Below, piece after piece: positions 1 through 11,970 of a stretch of DNA of 64,000 nucleotides (its first letter is position 1; each line of letters opens with the position of its first letter). Source of the stretch: Guillardia theta CCMP2712. Lineage: Eukaryota > Protista > Cryptophyta. Both the position numbers and the translations under genes were made by a program. Under the pieces are notes generated by a model that did not search any database, was not told the origin of the DNA, and worked only from the letters and a program-made list of their open reading frames with translations. The stretch spans positions 130,736-194,735 of the forward strand of contig NW_005434650.1 in assembly GCF_000315625.1 (NCBI RefSeq). The letters run 5' to 3'.

Positions 1-3000
1 AGATTACAAGTCCGACTCGAAGACTCTCGATCGCTCCGAGTTCAGCGCTGTGGTTAAGGCAGCTGGACTTGAGCAGATGGAGGCGTCAGACATCGACATG
101 GTCTTCGATGGGATGGACGCCAACCAAGATGGCACTCTGAGCCTCGAGGAGGTGGTGGAGACTTACCGGCGAGTGCATGCCGAAGTAGTCCTTGACGGAG
201 ACTTGAAGGTCGATGAGGAGGAGATGAAGGTCGCTCCAGACAACCTTGACCGTATCGATCTACGGCCTGCAGCTCCCGGGGCGGAGGTCAACTCCATCCT
301 CCCCTTCTACGCTGATGGAAGTTCTAGCGCCTCTGCGCTCTCACACCAGTGGAAGCAAGTCTGCGATGCTCTAGCGAAACAGTCCATGTACCTGCCTCCT
401 GACGAGCAGTACCAAGTGCAAGACGCCTTGAGGTTCACAGGTGAGCGTCTGCTGGGCTCGAGGTTGGTAGATAAGAAGTTCGGGGAGGGTCTCGCTATTG
501 GCAGCATTATTGCAGGCTTGCAACTTCCAACGCCTGTACTCGTCAGCGCTGTGCTCCTCCCTTGTGTCCGTGAGCGAAGCGCCAGCATCCAAGAGGTTCG
601 CGATCGCTTCGGGCCGGTCGTGGGCTCAATGGTGGAGGACTCGGTCTGGCTCTCGCAGCTTCCCGACCGGGTCGGCCTGCTCGATGATGATGGCAGCAGA
701 TTCCTGCGGGAGTACATGGTGGCAGCGTCAAGGGACCATCGGGCTGTGATAGTCATGCTGGCGGATCGGCTTAATGCGCTGAGAAAGATCGAAGAAGCTC
801 CCTTGTACGACCAGCATCTGAAGGCGCTGGAGAGCCTTCAAGTCTTCTCGCCACTCGCTCACGCACTTGGAGTGGGAAAGTGGCTGTGGGAGCTGGAAGA
901 CCTCTCGTTCCGTGCCTTGTTCCCGGACTCGTACACGTCTGTCGAGCAGTGGCAGCTGGAGCTGTGGGAAGTCTCGAGCAACATGATGGAGCAGGCAAAG
1001 GTGGACGTGCTAAAGGCGCTGAATGAGAACGACTTCTTGCTGGAACATGTCGAACGATACGCCATCACAAGCCGAAGGAAGAGTGTTTTCTCCACCTTCA
1101 AGAAGATGTTCAGGTCGAACAAGAAACTTGAGGTGCTTTTCCTTTCCTACCCCTTCTCCTGCTCCTCCTGACCTGTTGATAGGATGTCAAGGATGTTTTC
1201 GCCATGCGAGTTGTCATTGGTCTCAAGAGTCAGTTCAGGTCAGACGACTCGGTGCAAGTCCGCACATGCACGGAAGCATATGGAGCAGTGAGGAAGGCGC
1301 TAGTCGGCTGGGAAGAGCCGCGGGGGAGGTTTAAAGACTACGTGACACACCCAAAGCCCAATGGCTACCAGGTAGAGCAACCGCCTCGTCTCCTGCACCC
1401 TCTGCTTCTCCTGCTGCCACTCGCTTCCTGTCCTCTTTGTCTGATCGCAAACTTTCTCAGTCGATCCACACGACGCTCGACAGCCCGTTGAAGCTTCCGC
1501 TTGAAGTTCAGATCCGCACGGAGGAAATGCATGCGGCTGCAGAGTTCGGAGACGCATCACACAACTTGTACAAAGGGGGGATCAAGAGGTGAAAGCATAT
1601 GACTAGCCTCTCTGTCCTCTCATCTTCCTTCCTTCAGCTTGTCAGCTGTGCAAAACTTTGCCGACATGGTGCGCAAGAGCAACGTTGCAGCGCTTGCCCC
1701 GGCTGATTCCGTGAGCGCTGTCTTCAGATGTCCCATGACGGGTGACCCGATTCATCGACAGGATTTGAGTGAGGAAAACAGTGAAGAGCAGCGAGACCTT
1801 GACGCGCTGGAGTTCAGCAATGAAGCTGCAGGTAAAAAAGAAGGAGGAATGGGAGGAAGGGGAGGAGAAGGGGAGGAGGAGAAGTGCAGGGGATGAGGAG
1901 GAGGAGGGACGGGGTGAGGCAGACTGCTGATGTGAGAGCAGAAGCGTCTTCGTTGGAGTTGAGCCTGGACTCATCGGATGCGATCAAGAGGAAGAACGAG
2001 AGGTCTGTGGAAGGGGAGGGCACAGGGGCCGGCTTCCTAGGTAATGTCCGCCTCTCTCTTGCAAGTCTGACGCCTGTCAGATGAAGACGAGCTGAGGAAC
2101 ATGATCCTGACAGCACCCGGAGTGAACGATGACGTCAGCATGGGCGGCAGCGAGGAGGAGGTAGTTGTTGTCTCTCCTTTTTCCCCGTCATGTGTGTCTC
2201 CTGCAGCATGCCTGGCAGCTCGACTCGCTGGGTCAGGACCTTCTCTTCGTCGTGCCTGCCTTCGAGCGCTCGTCCATTGAAGCTGACCTGCGCCAGAGCT
2301 CAGAGATCGTGAGTGGCACCCGGTCCCTACCTCTTCCTAGGACCTCATACACCGCAGGTCCTTGCTGCCTCACAGGATGCGGCAGCTGCCTATGCTGCTG
2401 GCCAGGAGACGCCGCTGAAGCTTGACCGCGTGCTAGCAGATCTGATGGCAGCTGCAGAGGACGGGAGCGGTGAGAAGGAGGCGCTGAGGGGTGGGACTGA
2501 TGCTTACGTAGCTCGAACAGGGAAGGAGACAGAAGAGTTTGAAGCTCAACGAAGATTTCTGCGGCAGCAGGTGGGGAGACAGCCAGGGGAGGAGAGCGAG
2601 AGTGAGGTCCAGATATGTTCTTGCGTGCAAGCATGCTACATAGATACGTAGAGCAGACTGGAAGGCAGGCAGGCAGGAAGTCAAGAATGAAGAGGAGGGC
2701 GAGGAGCACGATGGTGACGGTTTCGCAGGGCATCGACGTGATCAAGCGACAGGACGTGCTGAGGACGATGTTGGATAGCAACAAGGTTGATCATGGACGG
2801 AGAGAGGCGGGTGAGTGACGGAGCATGCAGGCGAGGCTCTTTGATCCTGATGAGGTCATGGCGAAGCTGCTGGACGAGTGGGATGAGAGACTGTCTGATG
2901 AGAGGAGTCGAGAGCCAAGACAGGACGCAGGAGGGGAGCAGCCTAGAGGGAAGCTGAGGTGCGAGCTACTAGAGGAGCCTGCAGGCATGTTCTCCTCTAT

Positions 3001-3028
3001 GGAATTTGAGCGATCAAGTTCAACCTAG
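1..3028 (+). CDS. RelA/SpoT homologue (RSH) with N-terminal EF-hands, degenerate HD domain and intact (p)ppGpp synthetase; 5' end outside the window; multi-exon
   Basis: EF-hand loop [12 protein letters not shown] is preceded by [17 protein letters not shown] motifs: [51 protein letters not shown], (spliced) [26 protein letters not shown]|[33 protein letters not shown] introns at ~1133-1182, 1372-1460 and 1589-1637. Exons after ~1830 (acidic, low complexity, to TAG at 3028) are less certain. Confidence 0.9.
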
Positions 3029-3852
3029 AAACACTTGTAGTCTAACGCGGGTCATTGAAAGTGAAGTACATGCACCACTAAACTACGGCCATTCAGTTGA
3101 GAGACAGACCTCAGTACTTAGCAGGTACTAAGCCTCAGTCACAGCGTGGCGGCGGGCGCGGCCGGGCCGGGCCGCGGGCCTGAGAGATCGGACCGCCGGC
3201 CGCCGTGCTCGGCGGGCCCGGGGGACTTCAGTGAAGTACAGAATAGGCCCTCAGTCATCATTTTCGTGCAACTTTGAACCTCATCCCCAACTGCTGATTC
3301 TCTTTCGACGTTTTGTCAATACTTCAATGAAAAATTGAAATATCAAAGAATATTTACGAATGGAGATCTCAAAATGTCTATGGTGTACCGGTAGTGACCG
3401 GAGTCGGAACCTTCAATGCAACTCTCTTCAAAGGGGTGGGTATTCTGGTGGGAAAGGGAGGGGTAGAGCGAGCCCAATTGGATGGCTACGACCTCCTTTA
3501 GTACCCCCCCCCCTTTCCACCTCTGATCCTCGTCCTGCCAGTCGCCCAGTTCAAGACAGTCGCTACCCCCCTTGCTCAGAGTCCCCCGCTCCTCCTCGGC
3601 TCCTCCTCCTCCTCGGCTCCTCCTCCTCCTCCTCCTCCTCCTCCTCTCTGTTCCTTTGCCTCTCACCCCAGTGTGAAGGCCACGGATTCAACCGCTGCTG
3701 CTGCAGGGTGAGGGGATAGGGTAAGTGGGAACGCACTGGGGGATACAGGTGAGAGTCATAGAGATCGACTGAGAGACTGAAGAAGGGAAGAGGAGGAAGG
3801 GAAGAGGAGGAAAGTCAGTGCACATGTGGTCCCTGATTGCTGAAAGAAGAGA

Positions 3853-6538
3853 ATGTCCATGAGAGAAGGATATCCCAACAAAGTCTTGGATATGCAACTG
3901 GACATGTCCACCTTGGAATTACGGACTCCTCATCCTCAAACGTATCATATCAGCAATCAGGTTGGTTCAGGAGCGTCGGGGAGAATGCTTCTAGCCAAGG
4001 GCAGTTTGGATCGCAAGCTGTACGTAGCAAAGCAGATCGATTTTCAGGCAGGCAACAACGAAGCCGCGCTGTCGTACGCTCTTCACGAAGCAAGGATCCT
4101 GTTCCTCCTGAGACACCCTAGGATCGTTCACCTGCATGATTTCTACCCGCAGTCGTCCAGCATCTTTCTTGTTCTTGAATATTGCGAGCATGGTGACCTG
4201 GCAAAGCAGATCCAGCAGAGGCTACGAGACGGGGGAATGGCCTTCGACCCAGAGACAGCGATCAAGTGGTGGTACCAGCTACTTGACGGCCTCGACTTCT
4301 GCCATGAGCACGGCGTCCTCCATCGAGATCTCAAGCCCTCCAACCTCCTCCTTGACTCAGAGTTCGACCTGAAGCTCGCTGACTTCGGCGTGTCTTCCCT
4401 TATCCATTCTCCTCCTGCACCTGAGCGCGTCGGAAGTCGGCGGTACATGGCGCCTGAGGTAGTAGAGGAGCTGAAGTACTCAACAAAGAGCGACGTCTGG
4501 TCTGCAGGCATCGTGATGATGGAGGCGTTGACGCTGAAGCAGCATGAGGGGAATGCGATCGATCTTGTGGTGCTGGAGTCTCAAATTGGAAGCAAGTATG
4601 GCAAGTTCACCCTTGAAGGTCTCCAGCGTCAGTTACACTCAAGACCAGAGATCCGGTCTGAAGCCTCCGAGCAGAAGAGATTTCTCCTCACGCACATCCC
4701 TGAAAGTTTACGACACACCGTCGTCAAGGAGATCGGACAAGAGATAGAGGCCAGCACAACCTCGGCTAATGAACGAGTATGGTCCAGCAGTCCCAACGGA
4801 AAGCTCACACATGGGGATGAGGTTGATGTATGGAATGGCATTGGGATCGCGTTGGCTCCTGGGAAGGGCGGGGAGAACGGAACCTGGAAGATAGCTTCCG
4901 TGAACAGCAAACACAGGGAGCTTCTTGACTTCGAGGTGGTGCGAGGCGACTTCCTCTGGGATGTGGATGGTCGCATCGTCTATGGGTTCTCCTTCGAGAC
5001 AGTCACAGGCATGCTCTCTGGGCCTGTAGGTTCTTCTGTGACAATCGGAATCAAGAAGGAGCTTAGCTTTCCTGTCAAACACTTCACGTTGATACGAAAG
5101 CCGTACAACGAGAGCTTGCTTCAAACCGAGCAAGAGCATTATCGCGTGGAGGATCAAAGAGCAGAAGAAGGAACGAATGTGGCGAGCGTCTCAACGTCTT
5201 CCTGCTCATCCGCTGAGCCGCAAGGAATGAGTCAGTTCCGGGAGCCTCTGCATGAGAGTCGTTCAAGCGATGAAGACCTCCCGCCTGCTTCCAACGGGGT
5301 GAGGCAGGAGTACGACCCTACCGATGAGCCCATCTCGAGCACGGACGTTGGCGGCGTTACTGCTCTGAGCGTTGGCTCGGCGTCCATTGCCGGAGGAGGT
5401 CGATACATCGGACAGCTTCGCTATGGGCGTCCCTGGGGACGTGGAACAGCCTCCTGGCCCCAGCAGGGCCACAGCTACGTCGGTGAATGGAAGGACGGCG
5501 TGATGCATGGGCAGGGCTCGGCCACGTACCTCAACGGCGATCGGTATGACGGGGAATGGCTCTGCGGCAAGAGAAGTGGCCTCGGCCGTTACTCTCATGG
5601 GTCGGGCGATGTGTACGAGGGGCTGTGGTCGAGTGAGAAGAAGGAGGGCCTGGGAGTAGACACGTTTGCCGATGGACGCGGATACCGGGGGGAACTGGAG
5701 GAGAATAAGTATGCAGGGATCGGCGCGTACTTCTCCAAGGATGGTCCGATCTACCAGGTGACTTTGAGAATGAGAAGGGAGGTGCTGAAGGGCAGGACAG
5801 GGTGAATGGTCTGAAGGGAAAGCCCATGGTCAAGGAATCTCAATCTCTAGCAGCAAGGGAAAACGATTTGTCAGGTAGCCTCCGAAATTATCATGTGAAG
5901 ATTTAAAGATTGAGGCAGGTATTCGTACGGAACCATCATCTCGAGCGAGCCATTCTACACTGAATCGCATGGGATTGTGGAAGAGAAGATTGAAATCATC
6001 GGCAAGGCCGCCATCGCTGTCGCCTTGCTGTCTCGCAAAGTTGCTTCCATGCTACAGGTGGCACCTCTTGTTGCTGTTTGCCGGTTGTGATTCATACCGT
6101 GCTCAGAGTGAGAAGCTCGAGCCGCCACTGCCGTTCCTAGAGCAGCTAGAGGGGCAGGCGTTGCGGGAGTGCCTGTCGGAGATCAAAGGCACCTCACCAC
6201 TGGGGGAGGCCCTGCACCTCTTGATAGGAGTGCGCTCAGTGGTGCAGGAAGACTCCTCCCTCGTGGTGCAGAGCCACGAGAGCGATGAGGAGACCTTCCA
6301 GCTGAAGCAGGGTGACATCATCCACGAAGTATGCGGGAAGTCGTGCTCGTGGTATCGTGAGCTACCGATCGAGGACGTGCTTCTCCATGTGAGAGAGGTG
6401 AGAAAGCTGCTGACAAGGCTTGAGGTGATAGCTGCTCAGGTCCAGGGCCCTTTCCTCGAGATGGGCATTAAGACTGAAGGGATGCCGCCATGGTCGAAGC
6501 CTCAATTATGCCACGTGAGCTTGCGAGAAGCGGTGTGA
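3853..6538 (+). CDS. NEK-like Ser/Thr kinase with PDZ domain, MORN repeats and a second PDZ-like domain
   Basis: Kinase motifs GSGASG, YVAKQI, HRDLKPSN, DFG, YMAPE, SDVWSAG. PDZ-like segment GIGIAL...VVRGDFLWDVDG...LSGPVGSSVTIGI. MORN repeats YVGEWKDGVMHGQG, YDGEWLCGKRSGLG, YEGLWSSEKKEGLG. Spliced 3' exons end at TGA 6538. Confidence 0.85.
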
Positions 6539-6561
6539 ACAGCTTTAAACACTCAATACAC

Positions 6562-9060
6562 TCAATCTCGTCTCTGCCGTTTCGGAGCAGGCCTCTTTCC
6601 TGATGAGGATGAGGATGACGAGGAGCTGGAGCTGGAGCTGGAGCTGGAGCTGGAATTAAAGCCTAAGTATGTACATCGGATCTGCAACAAGTGTTTACCT
6701 GCTGGACGAACTAGAACTGTCAGAATCCGAGTCGGAAGAACTAGTTCAAATATTCAGTGGCCGTAGGTCTGTAAAACAAGCCTGACCTCGATGAAGACGA
6801 TGTCGATGAAGACGAGGATGATGAGGACGAGCTCTCCTGTTGAATTTTTCACCTCTTTAAGGTTTTGATTGAAGTGAAATTATACCTGCTTCCGTTGCAT
6901 GATCATCTTTGGCAAGTTCTTTAGATGCTCTCTGTAACTCAGGTCATCTTCTGCGTCAGTCAAGGGGGCAGGTCAAAATGTCACCTCAGCCCCTCCGTGA
7001 GTCCACCCAAGCCAATAGATGTGAAGAAGTTGATGGCAAACCTGCACGGGCAAGCAATCAAGATGGGAGGGAGGGGGTTTCGCCTCTACCTCGTGTTCCT
7101 TGGGTTGTCACGGGGAAACAGACCCTCGAAGTACTGTGCCATGAAAGGATCCTCCAGACGCTCCTATCTAACATGTCAGACAACTTGACCAATGACGTCA
7201 CACCGAAGAGCTGCTCCTCACCTTGAGCTTGGGTAGCCCCATGTACTCCGACACCTCTTGGAAGAGGATCTGGTAACATTTAGCAGGAGTTGAACTCACG
7301 GTAACTGAAACACCTTGATGAAGATACGAGATGAGGAGGTAGTCTCCTCCTCATTCAGTCGAATGTACTCAAGGCACGTCCATGGCATCGCATCCTAGTT
7401 GACCTCAACTCAACACAACAACTTGCAATCATAGAAAAAACATACTGTATGGAGCAAGTGACCAAAAATCTTTGCGACGTTGCGGAGCTTGTTGGTTTCA
7501 AGTCGATGCACTGTGGCATAGTACTGAGCAAACAGCTCGTCGTACATCTCTTCCCACTCCTTCTTTAATTTACAAAAGCGCTGCGAAAAAAAAAAAGAAA
7601 AGAAAAGAAAGAATGTCAAAAAAATCATTGCACACAGCGATCAAAATCACCTCTGCGAGAACACCGTAATATTTCATATACGATTTCTCTTGCATGCCGC
7701 ATTCAATGATCATTCGAAGCATCTCTTTCTCCTGTCCCGGTTTGATTTGCAATTTGAGCAACTTATGTGCAGCTTCATCAGACTGCATACTACTCTGGAT
7801 CGTGAGATAAATAGTTCGCCTCAGATTAACCAGATCGGTTTCTGTTTGATCTTGGATCTCCTGTTGTTGAGCAGCTGCTTCCTCCTCATCTTCCTCCTCT
7901 TCCTCTTCCTCCTCTTCCTCCTCATCGTCGCCCTCTTCTCCTCCTTCTTCTTCTCCAAGAAGCTCTTTCTTGAGTGACTTCCAGGCTTCTTCGTGCTCAA
8001 CAAATTCAGGGTCAGGGTGAAAAATATCAAGCGATGGCTCTGGATCCAGCTGATCATCAAGTGACAGTTCATGTGTAATCTGATCATCCGCATCAACAAG
8101 ATCAAGATCAGCGTCCAGGGCAGGGAACTCCGCGAAGTTTGTCTTGCGAACAGCAAAGAGCCCTTCAATCATATACTGAACGCGCTTGTCGATCTCACCC
8201 TCGTGAAGCACCCCTCGAAACCGTTCGAAGATGGCATGCAAGCCCATGGGTGTGAGTTGATGGAGAGCGGATCCTGCTTCCTTGACAAAGCTGACAGCAA
8301 GTTCCACACTGTCGTCTGTCGGCTTCTCAAGGAGGACAGTAAGCAATTGGAGGCCAAGAATCTCATGGGCCACTTGCTGGTTGATGAGGTGAGCGATGAA
8401 CTTCACCATTGCAGTACAAACAGGCTTATCGTTTCTCTTGTATGAACGTCTGAACTGCATAATGACTCTCTTCAACAAGGTTTCTCCATTCTCAGGCAAC
8501 TTTGTGTTGATAACTGCTGTCAATGCTGCGTATACATTGGTGAAATTGGGCGAGGCAAGTTGTGCTTTCATGAGTGAACGACAATAGAGGCCTCGGCCAC
8601 GAACAAGGTTCTCCTGGAAGATTTCCTGCACTATGCTGGTGATGTTCGCTTTGGTGACCTTGTTGATCAGACCATTGATGCTCTTCTTCAGAGCCTCCCA
8701 CGTCATCCTCTGATATTCAACACTCGATTTGTCCTGGATGCCTGCTTGCATCTGCTTCAAGCGGAAGGGCGGGATGTATGCACCACCGGCTCTGCCTGCC
8801 GGGAGCATCTTTGTCCTCTCCATAAGGGATGGTCCCCGACCCTCCGGTTGGTTCTTTCCGTCAGCCTCTGACGAGTTCTTGTTGGCGCTTTCATTCTCTA
8901 CTCTGCTCTCCTCTTCAGGCGCTTTGTTCCCGCCTTCCACATTTTTGCGCTCATCGCGTCTCGGGCTTGAGGAACCTCCGCCCTCACTGTCGCTGCTGCT
9001 GCTGCTGCTGCTCGAGCTGCTGCTCGAGCTGCTGCTGCCTCGCTTCTTGTCTTTTCCCAT
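6562..9060 (-). CDS. CWC22: Pre-mRNA splicing factor CWC22 (MIF4G + MA3)
   Basis: GRAGGAYIPPFRL, EYQRMTWEALKKSINGLINKV, ENLVRGRGL, TDDSVELAV, TDLVNLRRTIYLTIQSS and HRLETNKLRNVAK are hallmark CWC22 segments. Ser-rich termini; several 3' introns. Confidence 0.97.
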
Positions 9061-9118
9061 GGCTGTGTGATTCTTCGATGAGAGATTCAAGTTGCTCTTG
9101 GTATGCTTCTCCCTCTAC

Positions 9119-9119
<1 letters not shown>

Positions 9120-9156
<37 letters not shown>

Positions 9157-9168
9157 CTGTCTGTCTGT
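9120..9168. repeat. (CTGT)n microsatellite upstream of CWC22
   Basis: Direct reading of the sequence. Confidence 0.9.
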
Positions 9169-9980
9169 CGCTCCGTCCTCTTCTACTTCCTTCACTTCCT
9201 CTCCCTCTCCCTCCTTGCTTCGTCCGTTCCTCTTCTCAGCCTTTCTGCCTCCTCCACCCCACCCACCCTCTTACTGTACCCACCCTTACAAATGTTTATC
9301 ATACCCACCCTCCTTCTTAAAGAAAATGAAGACCGCATCTCAAATATCAGGTAAAGCTAGACATTCTCAAATTTCTCTTTTGGGTAAAAACGGGGATCTC
9401 TATACCTTTTCCCTAATTTCTGTACCCCTACCCCCCCCTATCAATTATTCATCACAACGTACCCCTATCTTATTGTACCCCACCATCTCAGTTTCCACCT
9501 TTCCCGCCCTCCCTGCACGCGGAGAATGCGAACCACGGCAGATGGCAGACCAGAATCACGGTTGCGATGATCACTGAGTCGGACTCCGGGATCACCGTCG
9601 GGCCCCGGCCCCACTCAGCCGGCCACTCAGCGGCGGCCCACCACACTGAGATCCGACCGGCCCACCAGTCACTGAGTGATCCCACGGGCAGAACCGTTGA
9701 TGATCGCGCCGAGTCGCAGCAGCAGACTCAGCCTGCGTGACGTCCGTTGCCCTGGCACTGGCAGGTCACTTCACTGAGTCAGTACAGTGCGCGGCCGCCA
9801 CCGACGGACAGGGCCTGACTCTGTGAGAGGGTGAAACTCCGAGGCTCAGCCTTTCAAGGCTTGACGGTTGGTTACTGCTTAATACGCAACTCGGCAGGTC
9901 GCCGTTCCCTTGACTGATTCGGGCCCGTTAGCCGGAGGCTGATGCCGCTCCAATACTCGCTGAACATCCGAAAATTTCAG

Positions 9981-10898
9981 CTAATCACTACGATTTATAT
10001 TCAGTTCATCGTAAACAAGGATGGTCGACGAGATCTTGTCCATGTAGAAACGGTTCTTGTCATCCCAGAAAGCATGTAAGATGTTGAGAACACTGAGAAG
10101 CAACGCAAGCAGGATCGATCCTGCCTTCCCGAAGTAAACCATCTCGGCGATGACACCCTGAGAGCCAGCAGGGGCGGCAATCGCTGAAATCAATCCAAAC
10201 AACCCTCCTGCTAGCCCTCCGGCAAGGAATGGCCCGAAGTGACCCAGGACAAACACGCCAAAGAACATTCTCTTCCATCCGACGTCGCGACCAGTCTGTG
10301 CGTTGATATACTTCAACCCCATAACTGACTGATGGAAAAATCTGCTGGACCGAAAGACCCAAAGGAGCTCGTAGAAAAGAACAACGAACCTGTTGAAGAA
10401 CCACTGCAGTACTGTGCAGCACAGCCTCGTCTGTATCGATGGATAAACAAACTCCTTGTCTTCTAACGTGAATATACGCGCCTCAGGGAACCTCTTTCCT
10501 GCTCGCAAGAGGTAGTTGGGGACTACGGAGAGGGCATGTAAGCAGGTCACAATGAAGGTACCCAAGGGACTGAGAGAGTATCCATTGAGAACCATCCCTG
10601 CGAGCGCAACAGCAGACAAGCCGAACATCACGTTGAGCATGAGAGGAGGAAGAGATTCCTGAAGAGATTCGAACGTGACATCTCCTTGCCTCGAGCCCCC
10701 CATTCTGACTCGTGAGACGCTTCTAGTTTCGGGAAGCTTCAAGGGGCTCCTTGCAACGACAGATCCCTGACATCTGAAGGACATGGTCGCCAACGAATGT
10801 TGCGCTCCGAGAGGAGCATATCTGAATGCCAGCGCTGGGCAATCGTTTGCGACCAGCAAGGCGACCAAGGCGATTGATTTTCGGGCACTGTGAGCCAT
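9981..10898 (-). CDS. RDD-family membrane protein with predicted plastid targeting
   Basis: Signal peptide MAHSARKSIALVALLVANDCPALA-F followed by a Ser/Arg-rich transit peptide. RDD-like segments YPSIQTRL, MGLKYINAQTGRDVGWKRMFFG, WDDKNRFYMDKISSTILV. Intronless. Confidence 0.7.
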   Translation of the reverse strand: MAHSARKSIALVALLVANDCPALAFRYAPLGAQHSLATMSFRCQGSVVARSPLKLPETRSVSRVRMGGSRQGDVTFESLQESLPPLMLNVMFGLSAVALAGMVLNGYSLSPLGTFIVTCLHALSVVPNYLLRAGKRFPEARIFTLEDKEFVYPSIQTRLCCTVLQWFFNRFVVLFYELLWVFRSSRFFHQSVMGLKYINAQTGRDVGWKRMFFGVFVLGHFGPFLAGGLAGGLFGLISAIAAPAGSQGVIAEMVYFGKAGSILLALLLSVLNILHAFWDDKNRFYMDKISSTILVYDELNINRSD

Positions 10899-11970
10899 GG
10901 AGATACTGCAGCACAAGCAGCATGTCATAACGAACATCTTGAGAAAACAACATCTTAAAAATTCTGACATATGGACTAAACCTCACAAAAATTACACATT
11001 CGCAGATTGACACCAGTTGAGTGTCACAAAAAAGAAAGGAGCCCAGAACTGAATAAGCGGAGTCTAAAGGTTCCCTGCTCGTAGATATTTGCAAATTCTA
11101 ATCTTTATGATTTCTGGGTTGATACAGGTGTGGTATTGGTCCCTCGTCTGTTACAAACCTCTCTGATTCAACGCTCAGCGCTTCACTGCATGCGCTAAAC
11201 ACAAAGGGCAATGACGGCCAGGTATCATACCTCTTGTTCTACTTGCGTCTACACACCGGGACTGATCACGCATCGCATTCGAATCTCATCATTGCTATTC
11301 TGGCTGAGCATACCAGCATCTCACTCTCTCTCTCTCCTTGTCTCTTCCCTCCTCCTCTCCTCTCCCCTCGACCTCCTCGCATCAAAACCTTGCCAGAGGA
11401 TTCTTGCTTCCGTTATTTCCGTTATATATAAACTCGGGCGACTCAATCGACTCCGACATAGTCACAGTGACTGAGCGGCGGCTCAGCGGCCCTCGGATAA
11501 CCGGGCCCGGGGGCCGGGCGGCCGCGGACTCGGCGACTCATCCGGGGCCCGCCGGGTGCCGCGCCGGGGCAGATGTGGAGCTGCGGCCGGCCGGGCCTAC
11601 ACATCCGTTGAAGAAAAGGTAAATGGCGAAGACGCGAAGGAGAGCAGAGGCGGCAGCACTGAGTCTGAGATGCGAGCTTTCTCACAGAGTCATCCGATCC
11701 GAGTTCCTTGTCCTCTCGGAGGCACCAGGACAAGGAACTCGGAGGATGAGGAATGAGGCTAGTAGGCTAGTGATCGCAAGTTTATCATCATGCCGACTTG
11801 GGGCCAGAGAGAACTGACGAACTTTGAGCACGGTAAACCTGACGATTGAATGATGGCAGGTCAGACGGGGGCCGTCAGCGAACTTCTGAACGATTACCTT
11901 CAAGGCTTCTGATGACACTGGAGTGAACGTGAGTGACTCTGTGAGTGAGTGTGCTAGACTCGGCGACACG

